Source of the DNA: Carpediemonas membranifera BICM
Lineage: Eukaryota > Protista > Fornicata
NCBI GenBank assembly: GCA_019828565.1
Contig: JAHDYR010000062.1
Location: 359,666-423,665, forward strand
DNA: 64,000 nt
Reading direction: 5' to 3'
How positions within the stretch are numbered: the stretch's first letter is position 1; each line of letters opens with the position of its first letter. A program made the translations under genes and the position numbers. A model generated the notes under the pieces. That model did no database searches, was not told the origin of the DNA, and saw only the letters and a list, made by a program, of their open reading frames with translations. Positions 20,855 through 30,459 of this stretch are shown piece by piece.

Positions 20855-22627
20855 ATGTCTTTTGACGCTACTGCCAGCTCCTCTTTGGAGAAGGCAATCG
20901 AGGCTCTTACTGGACTCAAATCATTCGTCGAAGGTGCGATACAGAAGCGTATAGAGACCAGCGCAGAAGAAATCTCGGCGGAAATGCCAACGCTGATGAG
21001 AACTGCCGCTCTACTCACCGCAAACGTGCATGAAACCCGTTCAGAATACAAACTTGAGAAAGAAAAACTCAAACAGGCTGCCAAAGCTTCCATGGCGACC
21101 AAGTCTTTGCTCCGTCAATCCGTCTCCTCCCAACAGGTCGAGTTCGCCTTCATCCAGCAGTACTCGAAGGACATCATTGCCATCAAGGAGAAGATCCGCG
21201 AGGCCTGGGTTCCTATCACTGTCTCCTGCCTCCTGCCCGAGAGCACGGACATGCCAGAGCCAGACATCAAGCAGCTTCGCGACAGCATGGTCGCCATATA
21301 CACCTCCAGGGTCAGGAAGCAGATGGAGTACGAGAAGGCGCTGCTGAAGGAGATCGAGCAGGGTAAGACTGCCATGGCAATTCATACGAGGCGACAGGAC
21401 GACATCGAGACCGAGCTGGAGGTGATCAGACGCCAACGCGATGAGTATCAGAAACTAGAGGGTACCATCGCCCGTGTGAAACGCGATTTGTCCGAAGCTG
21501 TGGCTAAGTGCATCGACACGCACGCCATCCGAACCCTACCGAACGCCCAGATCGTGTCCATCGCCACCCTCCCAACTCAGCTGAAGATCGTGATGACCAC
21601 TATAACCAGAGCTCTCCAGTCCCGCGGGGTGGCGGTTGGTGTAGTAGTGGGCCATCATGCCCTCGCACTCGACGGCAAGACGCTCCAACTCCGTCTCCCG
21701 CACGGCACATACTCGTTCGCCGTGTTCCGTCCCTCCGACCACTGGCCCGGCTACCCCGAGGATGCCAGGGCCCCCGTAGTCGTACGGGCAGACCCCCGTG
21801 CACTCACATCCGTCGCTTTCCGCCCAGACCTGGCAGAGTTCTCGTTCCCTGAGCCTATGAAGGGGGCACACGGGCAGGTATCCCCGTCACTTGTCATGGA
21901 CGCGCTTGGAGTACCACACCGCTGGGTCGACCGGCTCGTGGGCGGGGCTGGATTGAGGACGAAGGCGCAGCGGAAGGCCGTGAGCGAGATATGTGAGATG
22001 CTCTCGAATCCGCCTGGTTGTTTGGCAGAAGTTACGAACTTCGACAAGGACATGACTGAGGCAAGACCGCTGTTTGAGTGGCTCCCGCAGCCTGAAATCA
22101 AGTGCAAGAACGTCTCATTCTTGGAAAAGAACGAAACACTGCGCAGCCGGCAAATGGTGTACAGCGTGATAATTACATACGATAATGTAATGATCAAGGG
22201 CTATGTATATACACCCCTCGTGAACGAACGCCCCTATGTGAACTTCGTCAAGGTACAAGGCAGTGTCCCATACCGACTGACCAGGCTAGGCAATGCCATT
22301 GCCCAATGCGCCAGCCTCTGGGCCCATGGCCGTGGCTGCGACTGCACCACCCTGCCCGGCCGCCTAGCGTATGCCAAGGACCTGGCCAGATACATGGCCA
22401 CTGCCATCCACATCGTCCATGCGTCCACTGTACTGATCTCCGGCAGGGATACGACTCCCGACCTGGTCGCCCTGTCGTGTCTCGGCTCGTTTACTGGTCG
22501 GGGTATGTCTTGGTGGCGGGGCAGAGAAGCGATGCCTCCTCTGGTGGTGGCGTTGGATGAGGGTCATCCCAGGCTGAGCCATGACTTGACCGAGTTCGGG
22601 TGTGAGACGGGGGACACTGTTATGTGA
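20855..22627 (+). CDS. Hypothetical coiled-coil protein, possible THO complex subunit 5 homolog
   Basis: Long ORF; N-terminal coiled coil; C-terminal WRGREAMPPL..RLSH resembles the THOC5 end FRGPSRMKPF..FFSH. Confidence 0.55.
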   Translation: MSFDATASSSLEKAIEALTGLKSFVEGAIQKRIETSAEEISAEMPTLMRTAALLTANVHETRSEYKLEKEKLKQAAKASMATKSLLRQSVSSQQVEFAFIQQYSKDIIAIKEKIREAWVPITVSCLLPESTDMPEPDIKQLRDSMVAIYTSRVRKQMEYEKALLKEIEQGKTAMAIHTRRQDDIETELEVIRRQRDEYQKLEGTIARVKRDLSEAVAKCIDTHAIRTLPNAQIVSIATLPTQLKIVMTTITRALQSRGVAVGVVVGHHALALDGKTLQLRLPHGTYSFAVFRPSDHWPGYPEDARAPVVVRADPRALTSVAFRPDLAEFSFPEPMKGAHGQVSPSLVMDALGVPHRWVDRLVGGAGLRTKAQRKAVSEICEMLSNPPGCLAEVTNFDKDMTEARPLFEWLPQPEIKCKNVSFLEKNETLRSRQMVYSVIITYDNVMIKGYVYTPLVNERPYVNFVKVQGSVPYRLTRLGNAIAQCASLWAHGRGCDCTTLPGRLAYAKDLARYMATAIHIVHASTVLISGRDTTPDLVALSCLGSFTGRGMSWWRGREAMPPLVVALDEGHPRLSHDLTEFGCETGDTVM

Positions 22628-22778
22628 GGGGGCGACCCTGTATGTTATAAAGTTTCTCCGGAATGACCTTCTCTGGACCCGTTCATCTGGTGATAGTCTG
22701 TCTTCGTTTACTGAACCTAACCAATCTAGCATCATCCGAGCTCACTCGGCAGCAACCAGAGTCACATCCCACACTCTC

Positions 22779-25499
22779 TCAGCTGCTAGCATCAGCTTTC
22801 TCTCTATCGCTCAGCTTCGTCGGCATCGGCAGCGGCAACCCGGTCAGCTCCGCGTCGTCGAGCTCATCATCCGGGCTCCCTCCGTCGACGAGATCGACCA
22901 GATCGGCCAGAGTCATTAACGACTCGCTTGGCGGCTTGTCCTCCTCCGTCTTCTCCCGCTTCCGCTCGGGGCCGGAGGGAGAGAACGTGTGACGTGTTAT
23001 ATGTCCTGGACCAAGGCCATCCTCGTCCCGGAATGCCTGTCCGAAGCGACGGACGGGTGCATCTACGAAGCTCCGCTCGGAGACGTTGAAGTCCGCCCAA
23101 GCCTGACTGCCGCGAGTCGACTCCTGCACGCGCCTAAGAAGTGAGGCCGGAGTCGCGGTTACCGCAAGGATACGGGCGTTACAGTCCTGGGAGCTCGACT
23201 TCACAGGCGTCTGTTGCGGCAAGGCGTCAATGGGCTCTCCTCTTGGCGAGCGGGGTGCCTCAATCGTTACGGTCTTTGGCGCCCTGGGCGGGAGATCACC
23301 CTTATCCTGCGCGGCCTTGAGCGCGATGGTCTGTTTCGTCTCCTTGGGCTTTGACAAGGGCACATGGCCCTGCAGCTCCTTCGGGTCCTTCCCCTGTAGC
23401 ATCGCTTCCCAGTCGACCGTGGGCTGTTCGACAGTCTGGGCGATCTCGGCCACTCGGGCCTTGATGCCGGGGATCTCTGCGTGGATTAAGGTCAAGAATA
23501 GGGGATATAGAGTCGATATCGACCCGCGGACCTGTGTTGTTGGGTCAGCGAGGGGGTTGAGCACGATATCGAGGAAGCAGCTCTTGCCCAGTGGCGAGAT
23601 TCGGGTAAGGATATGCATGACCAACCGCATGCCTATGTGACCGCGAGTGGTGGGGAACCGCTTCGTGATGCACTCAGATGCAATACTGAGGACGACGAAA
23701 GTACACAGTGCGATCACGAAGCTAGTGTGACGATGGATGAAAAAGAGGGGATAAGTGTCCATTGCGTGATAAAACAGTTTCGAAATCTCCTCGCCGGCCC
23801 AATGCACATCGAGCATCTCGGTCAGCGTCTTGATCCGCTCGGACACGAGGCTATCAAGCTGAGGGCAATGTTCAAAGCATGACAGTCTCTTGAGCATGGG
23901 GTGGGCCTCGAGCGATAGGAAATTGATCACGTCGCTGATGCGGTTCTCCGGCACAAGGCTGGGAGTCTTCACTGGCAAAGGCGATGTGTAGTAGAGCTCG
24001 GGCACCCAGAAGAGCGTCTCGAGAGAGTACGTGCGGCATGCGATAAGATGCTTCTGAACCTCTGCAGTGAACGTCGGCCCGTTGTTGAGTAGAACGTCCA
24101 TCAGTGAGACATACTCAATGGGCGTGGTCCTCAATCCTCTGATGGCATACGGTGGGTAAAGGGTAAACATGCGCCGGATGAAGAGAATGGCGTCCAGCTC
24201 GCATGCGACGAGGGCCTTGTGGAACCGGGGGGAGAGAAGGTTCGTCTCCACTGCCTGCCGACGCTCGGCAGAGGAGGTGATGGAGAACTCGAGGAGTACT
24301 GAATGCAGTGTGTGGAAATGAAGCCGCTTGACGTCCATGGTAAACTGCTCGATGACGCTCAGGTCAGACGCGGTCGGCAGCTGTGGGAGGGGCAGTTGCT
24401 TCATTAGACTGTCAATGATCCCACCCAGCGCCTGTACTGTTACGCTGGGGAACTTTTCCTGGAGAGTACTCCACAGCCCAGGACTTCCCTCGGCTGGCAG
24501 CTCGTTCAACATGGACCTGATCTTCTCGTACGCCTCGAGTGGCCGCACCATCGGTGTCTCGACGGTGTGGGGCGTCGTACCAGTCACCCCACACAGGGGG
24601 AGAATGGCCGGCATGCGAAGGACGCGCACAGAGCGGATGAGCATGGCAATGTTAGACTGGATTGGACCGACAGAGATGGTCTCACGCCGGAAGGTGGGGG
24701 GGACGGTGGCGGCGAGCTCGGGCAAGAGGGGGAGGTTCACGAGATGGGTGAAGAACGACTGGGCGTAGCCTATGCTGGTCTCCTTCTCTTCCGCGTCAAG
24801 GCGGGCGATCTCGGTGCGACCAGAAACTACCTCGACGGCCTCGGCACACGTGGGGTTGTGATCCACATTCGCCAGAAAGTCTAACAGACATACAAAGGCA
24901 GTAAACGCCTCCCGTGGGACGGCCATGACCCTTTCGTTGTGCTGGACACAAACTGCGTTGTACCATACGGCAAAAGAAAGCCAGCCGAATCTTACCAGCG
25001 GGCTCGTCCTGTCAGTCTTCCGTAGAATGGCAGCACATTCGGTTGTGTACATCTTGTTATACGTAGACGTATATACGTACTGGTAAATGACAGAATCGAC
25101 GTGGTCGGAAAACTCTGGAAACAGGCCAAGGGGCGTGACGTACTTGGGTCCGGCGATGGTCTTGAGCCAAAGAAGGATGGACTTGAGAGGTATCCTCGAC
25201 TCGGTGGAAATATCTGCGGGAATGAGCACGGAGCGCTTGCCGCTCTTGTACAGCTGGACAAAGACTGCACATGCTGCAAGTAGCCGGCGATCAACGGAAT
25301 CGCCCTTCGTGAGCGTTGTGAGGATCGATGTAAATGATGTTACGGCTTGCAATTCTGCGGATGACATCTGAAAATGACGCCCGAGGCGGACAAACAGAGC
25401 ATTGCAATTTGCTGCAGAGTTATCGTCTGATATTTCGGCAGCAGCGCCTGATGATGGAACTTTAGCGGTGTTTGGGGACTGTGAATTGCGATGTTCCAT
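22779..25499 (-). CDS. Retinoblastoma-related pocket protein (divergent)
   Basis: RB_A-like LLSPRFHKALVAC and EVQKHLIACRTYSLETLFW; RB_B-like HRHTSFVIALC and GSISTLY; several SP/TP sites. Confidence 0.78.
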   Translation of the reverse strand: MEHRNSQSPNTAKVPSSGAAAEISDDNSAANCNALFVRLGRHFQMSSAELQAVTSFTSILTTLTKGDSVDRRLLAACAVFVQLYKSGKRSVLIPADISTESRIPLKSILLWLKTIAGPKYVTPLGLFPEFSDHVDSVIYQYVYTSTYNKMYTTECAAILRKTDRTSPLVRFGWLSFAVWYNAVCVQHNERVMAVPREAFTAFVCLLDFLANVDHNPTCAEAVEVVSGRTEIARLDAEEKETSIGYAQSFFTHLVNLPLLPELAATVPPTFRRETISVGPIQSNIAMLIRSVRVLRMPAILPLCGVTGTTPHTVETPMVRPLEAYEKIRSMLNELPAEGSPGLWSTLQEKFPSVTVQALGGIIDSLMKQLPLPQLPTASDLSVIEQFTMDVKRLHFHTLHSVLLEFSITSSAERRQAVETNLLSPRFHKALVACELDAILFIRRMFTLYPPYAIRGLRTTPIEYVSLMDVLLNNGPTFTAEVQKHLIACRTYSLETLFWVPELYYTSPLPVKTPSLVPENRISDVINFLSLEAHPMLKRLSCFEHCPQLDSLVSERIKTLTEMLDVHWAGEEISKLFYHAMDTYPLFFIHRHTSFVIALCTFVVLSIASECITKRFPTTRGHIGMRLVMHILTRISPLGKSCFLDIVLNPLADPTTQVRGSISTLYPLFLTLIHAEIPGIKARVAEIAQTVEQPTVDWEAMLQGKDPKELQGHVPLSKPKETKQTIALKAAQDKGDLPPRAPKTVTIEAPRSPRGEPIDALPQQTPVKSSSQDCNARILAVTATPASLLRRVQESTRGSQAWADFNVSERSFVDAPVRRFGQAFRDEDGLGPGHITRHTFSPSGPERKREKTEEDKPPSESLMTLADLVDLVDGGSPDDELDDAELTGLPLPMPTKLSDREKADASS

Positions 25500-25696
25500 G
25501 GTAAGATGCTGTATCTGTGTCTTGAAACGTATCTGACAAGCTGGCTAAACTGCGAAAATTCGAGTTCAATTCGTGTTTGACACGTCGCGGAAATAGCTAA
25601 GAGGATATTGCAGTAATACATGCCCGGTTAAAATAAATCGTTTACCTGTGCCAGGTCCATGCTTGTCTAGCTCGCGTGAGTTTGTGCTGCCTCGGC

Positions 25697-26167
25697 TCAA
25701 TCGTCGGCCAACCCTTGCTCACGCCACTGCCGGGCCAGCATAGCGGTAATCACGGCGAGGTTGACCGGGTGTGGAAGCTTCTTCGGTGTCTGGCTGCACC
25801 TGAGCGTGATTCTTAACTCATCGGGGGATGATGGCCGATAAGCCAGGGGATGATGACCAGGCCGTGATGAGCGGTGCTCGGGAAACATCTTCGTTCGGAG
25901 TTTTTCGATCTCTTTGAACTCTGTTTTGCCGAACGTGGCCATCCGTTGGCACAACTGATTCGCAGCTTCATCGTTTGGCATCTGCGACAGCAGAAAGCTC
26001 TTCAAACTTGAATAACGATCTGTTGCGTATAATGGCCCCCTATCGGCACTGTGATCATCGTCTGGATCGTTCAGCGCCGGACCCGCCATGCCCTTGAACG
26101 ATAGTGACTTGACCAGAGTCAGCAGTCGCGCACCCTTGCGATCATCGCCAACCCGATGTAACCGCAT
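25697..26167 (-). CDS. Hypothetical protein
   Basis: 156-codon ORF fills the gap and follows the local strand; no motif recognised; start uncertain. Confidence 0.45.
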   Translation of the reverse strand: MRLHRVGDDRKGARLLTLVKSLSFKGMAGPALNDPDDDHSADRGPLYATDRYSSLKSFLLSQMPNDEAANQLCQRMATFGKTEFKEIEKLRTKMFPEHRSSRPGHHPLAYRPSSPDELRITLRCSQTPKKLPHPVNLAVITAMLARQWREQGLADD

Positions 26168-26252
26168 GTAAGCACATAGACACGGGTAAATACGTAAATG
26201 ATCACTCCGTTCGTTTTTTAATGATTTTTAAAGGTACACGCCAGATCGTGCC

Positions 26253-26864
26253 TCATAACGCGCAGTACGGCGCTTGGCAAGTCTTCGCCCTTCCCGAGCC
26301 AGGGTAGAGCAACGGCCGACTGACACCGTGGCGCATAACCCGGTGTCTGTGGCCGACAAGAATCACTGCAGCCACAGTGATAACGAGCGTGGCGAGGCTA
26401 CCGAGAGTGACTGCCAGGCATAGCACCCCAAGGCCGATCCAGCCCAGACGAGGCCACATGCTAGTCGCCCTTGTTGTCGGGACGACGCTGGACACGAAAT
26501 GTACCGGGCTCGAGCATGCCTTGCTCAGCCGGCTGTCCGTCACACAGAAGGAGTATATTCCCTCCGTTCTGACAGCTTCCGGGTCAAGGAGGGGGCTTGT
26601 TTTGTCGGAGGTGGCGTGATACCGGGCTGAACCGTCATCTCCTCGTACCACGACAGTAACGGGGAGAGCAACATCGGCTATACTGTTTTGATCATCGATT
26701 TGAGCGAGTAATAGCCGTATTGGGCTGTTAATGCTTGCTTGAAGCTCGCCGTGAGCGTCTTGGTGAGCAGACAAAACAGTAATCGAAAAATCGGGTTGTT
26801 CAGTGACATTCTCGCTATATGCTACCACAAGAACAGCCAATACCAAGAGTAGAGCAGCGTTCAT
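26253..26864 (-). CDS. Hypothetical type I membrane protein
   Basis: Signal peptide MNAALLLVLAVLVVAYS and C-terminal hydrophobic segment. Confidence 0.7.
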   Translation of the reverse strand: MNAALLLVLAVLVVAYSENVTEQPDFSITVLSAHQDAHGELQASINSPIRLLLAQIDDQNSIADVALPVTVVVRGDDGSARYHATSDKTSPLLDPEAVRTEGIYSFCVTDSRLSKACSSPVHFVSSVVPTTRATSMWPRLGWIGLGVLCLAVTLGSLATLVITVAAVILVGHRHRVMRHGVSRPLLYPGSGRAKTCQAPYCAL

Positions 26865-26953
26865 CACAAACTGAGTTTTGCCGTCCTCGTTGCATCCCAG
26901 CGATCTCGCCAGATCTCGCCGTATATTGAGCAATCGAGCTCTTATTTATATGT

Positions 26954-27990
26954 CTAGAAGCTGAAGAGATCATCCATCGTCGCCTGCTTAGGTCTAACCG
27001 GCTGTGCACTGGCCGGTGGACTAAAGAGGTCCAGGCCGACATTTGTTGGGATCGGATTCGACGTGTTAGTGCTGTGACTCGAAAAAATCTCCGCAAATGG
27101 GTCGGCCGGTACTGCCTTGGATGACGCGACAGAAGCTGCCTGGGGCGATGCGGTTGACTGGATGAAACTAAACGCATCGTCATTGTGTGCCTTCGTCTGC
27201 GTCGGGCCGGGTGAAGTTGCCACCCCGAATAGGTCCATAAGGTCCTGCTCCTCGTTCACTTGCTCTGTGGGCTCGGGTGTCTTCGGTTGAGCAGCTGGAG
27301 GGCTGTTTAAGATCTCCTGCTGCGTCGGTTTCTCGGTGGTAGAGGGTGAGAACGCGGAGGCATTTGACGTAGACCGGATCCTGTTGACTACAGAGGAGCC
27401 AGCACCTATGCCCACGAACCTCTTTCGCCGTTGCAGGATGTCTTCGCGCTGCTGGGGCAACCGATCCGAGTTGACCAATGCCAAGAGTTTCTCGACCTTG
27501 GTTCTGACATTAAACCCCTGGTCCTCGCCCCGCTCGTCGTGGTACTGGTAATCTGAAAGTGTGTTGAGCTGGTAAATGTTGGACTTGATCATGTCAACGG
27601 CGTCAGTCGATCCGTTGAGCAGAACATACTCAAGGAGGTTGAGACATTTGTATACTACGCGCCACCGCTTGCCCGGCTGGGTCGACATGCGCTCCCATAT
27701 CGCAGGGAAGAGCATCTGGTTCGTTCTGTAGTTGAATGTTGTCTGTGCGATTTGACGAAGGAGCTCTGGCGGTGCAGGCCATGCTTCGTTCGAGCTAGCT
27801 TCTCTCACTAGCTTTTGCATCTATGTAAGCTGAGAGAAGAGGCTTATCATTCATCTGTGGTGTGCTGGATGGTATCCTTCACGACATTGAAGGACTTCTT
27901 CGTGCTCCTACGCGCTGCTTGTGTCAAAACGGGAATATGTGCTCGATCGATCTCCTTGCCCACGAATGCAGTCAATCCGTTAAGAACCAT
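26954..27990 (-). CDS. Epsin/EpsinR ENTH-domain protein; proposed exons 27990-27853 and 27820-26954
   Basis: VREASSNEAW, WRVVYKCLNLLEYVLLNGS, DQGFNVR; DLF/DPF motifs in tail; upstream exon supplies VVKDTIQHTTD. Confidence 0.88.
27821..27852 (-). other. Probable non-canonical GA-AG intron (32 nt) in epsin
   Basis: GAATGA...GCTTACATAG; removal restores frame and ENTH N-terminal register. Confidence 0.6.
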
Positions 27991-28462
27991 CGGCTTTGTC
28001 AAGACGCAGGCAACGAACTCCTGTAAACTGCACATTGAAGACCTGGGCTATACAGCAGGAGATCATACACATGAAGCCTCTTGAAGAAATGTTGAACGCC
28101 AATACACTGTCCTGCCCTGGCCTGGGTTGCTTTCTGACTCGAGCCAACTTGCTTGAACAACTGGCCGAGCGCAGCTATTCTCGTCGCTGGCTGGCCGTCA
28201 AGAGATGAAAGTGACTCGCCGACTCTGGCTTTATGATCGTTGACAGAGGCTGACCGGTGCTTTGTGGCGCTCGTTGAGCACTTTACAGCGAAACTGCGGA
28301 CCAGCATTGACCGAGTGAGTGGTGCAATCGCCCAATCGAGTGTTCGAAATGATTTAGGTTTGCAGCCCATAATACAGGGTGAGGCCTCTGAGATCTCCAA
28401 GACATCGGTCAGTCAACCCCTCAACTAGTCCCCATCAAGCGCCCAGAACAGAACAGGTCGCA

Positions 28463-29539
28463 TCACTCTAAGTCAGGCAAGTCACTAAAGTCGTCCTCGC
28501 TGTCGCTGTTCTGCCCCACCTCCTCAGCTCGATCAGTGATTGTAACAGCCTTTGCTGGCCTCGGGATCACAGTACCATTAGCCACTGGCCACGTAAGGAT
28601 GAGCTGACCCGTACACTGGACACGGATGGCATGGCACTGGCTCGGCTGAACCTCGTGCGGGAGGTTCAGAAGGAGGAGGTAGGATTTGTTGCCCGACTTG
28701 GTCGTCAGCTTGACGTGGTCGGGTTCAGAGTCGATATCGACTGCGGTGGACTGAATCTCGGGAGATATGTCGACCGTTAGTGTCACTGTCTGAAGCTTAG
28801 AGTCCTCCGCGAACTCCCAATGCCAGCCGGCCTCGTTCTTTTGAAGGCGGCGGCCATCGGGGGCGAGACCGCCTGACTCAGTCTTGTACGGCTCGAGCAG
28901 TGAGTTGATCTTGTCCTCCCTCGCCTTCCTGTTATTAGGAACGGCCCCATGCTCCTGTCTCTCCTCGTCGTCCTCAGGTATGGCTGGGGGCTTGGCTTTA
29001 GCGTCCCATGCTTCAGCTGCCGCCATAATCTCGTCCTTCCGAAGCTCAGCAGCAACCTTCTCGCTAGTGACTATGTTAGTGCCGTCTAAAGTATCTAGCT
29101 GGCTACCAAGCACGAGAACAACATACTCACGGTAGTCGGGGAAGTCAGTAACGGGGTTTCCCATGAGGGTAAGATGCTTAAGGTTGGGCAAGGAGCGGAG
29201 GTGACTGATTTCGTGCAGCTGGTACAGATAGTTGCACATGAGGTCGAGCTTTTCAAGGTCTTCGACACGACTGAGCCCAGATAGGCGCGAGATCTTGTTG
29301 AGGGCAAGGTTCAGGTACTTGATGCGAGGGAGGCCTGTCAGATTCTCAATTTTCCTGATATCGTTGTTCTGCAAGAGTAGCTGCGTCAAATGGGGCATGT
29401 ACTCCTTCAAGAGCTCGATTTTCTTGATGTGCTGCTGATGGAGAGCAATCTCTTCAACTTCCCTTAGTAGTTGCGGATCTTCTGTGGCAAAGCGGTGCTC
29501 TGTTCGTTTTAGGAGAAGATCACGGGTGATCGGTGGCAT
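28463..29539 (-). CDS. LRRC6: Dynein axonemal assembly factor LRRC6/DNAAF11-like
   Basis: ITRDLLLKRTEH, EEIALHQQHI, LRRs, LMGNPVTDFPDYREYVV, LQKNE, C-terminal CS-like domain, DLPDLE end. Confidence 0.88.
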   Translation of the reverse strand: MPPITRDLLLKRTEHRFATEDPQLLREVEEIALHQQHIKKIELLKEYMPHLTQLLLQNNDIRKIENLTGLPRIKYLNLALNKISRLSGLSRVEDLEKLDLMCNYLYQLHEISHLRSLPNLKHLTLMGNPVTDFPDYREYVVLVLGSQLDTLDGTNIVTSEKVAAELRKDEIMAAAEAWDAKAKPPAIPEDDEERQEHGAVPNNRKAREDKINSLLEPYKTESGGLAPDGRRLQKNEAGWHWEFAEDSKLQTVTLTVDISPEIQSTAVDIDSEPDHVKLTTKSGNKSYLLLLNLPHEVQPSQCHAIRVQCTGQLILTWPVANGTVIPRPAKAVTITDRAEEVGQNSDSEDDFSDLPDLE

Positions 29540-29590
29540 CAATGAATGAGTACCGAGCAGGTTTAGGCACCTCCGACGATGCTCCAGTCC

Positions 29591-29917
29591 TGTTTATACT
29601 GCGCAACACTGCCCTGTCTCCCTCCTACTCACGTCTTAAGTCGGTAGGGAGATCGTCTTCTCCAGGGCTTCCACAAAGCGTCTTCTTCGTGGACGTCAGC
29701 ACAGCTGCAAACATCAATCGCTCACACGTCGTCTCATTGTCTTCTATTCCACATTAAATTCACCTCTACACTTGTATAGGCTGGTAATGGTGTTCATCGT
29801 CGGCTCTTATATGTCATCTTCATCAATGACCATGTAGCCAGGCATAAAGTGCACTCTCGTCAAGGGTCATTCATTAGTGCCACACACCAGCTGCACACTT
29901 GTAGTGCGCAACAAGAT
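29591..29917 (+). repeat. Dispersed repeat, copy 1 (partner at 59288-59559)
   Basis: 29591-29829 matches 59288-59528 with about 5 substitutions and a 2-bp indel; 29888-29917 matches 59530-59559 after a ~58-bp extra segment. Confidence 0.95.
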
Positions 29918-30459
29918 AAGGTACCGTAGCCGAGGCCCTCGTCGGCGTGCTGTCGTGCGTCACGCGCATGAGTGCTGCAGTGACCAAGCTGGTCACACTC
30001 ACTAGTGCCGTGAAGGGTCAAACTGCGCAACAATAATGTGGTATTTAGAGGTTTATGTGGAGGATTCATGTAAAGGTGACTTAGGCTGTCGACCCCCCTG
30101 GGATGAACTCCAGAGGACTGAACAGGTTCAGTCTGTTTAGACTCAAGTATTCTTATCCTGCGCGGCACATATAAATTGAGGCACGACATTTCAATCGATT
30201 AGGGCGCGTCTCCATCCGCCAGCGGCAGGGCTTCCAGACCATTCAGTTCGGTATTCCGATAATGTTCTCCCTCACACTGTCAGATGAGGCGCCGCGACCC
30301 AACCGTCCACTGGGAAGGAGTCGGCCGTGACCTCGTAATCACCGTCACCCCAGTCTGCCAAGCATACCCTCTTCACAACGCGAGCACTATATCCCCACAT
30401 CAATTCTGAGTCGTCAGTTTTATCACACCCCAGCTCTCTCCAATCCTACCCGTCCCACC

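Noticed and set aside
28000-28430. Two short plus-strand ORFs that might be joined by an intron
   Set aside because: An acceptor-like TTGACAGAG exists, but no donor matches GTWNG before the stop, and no homology was recognised
29600-29830. The dispersed repeat as a duplicated protein-coding exon
   Set aside because: The minus-strand reading examined has stops in both copies, a 2-bp indel separates the copies, and the plus-strand ORFs have no recognisable motif
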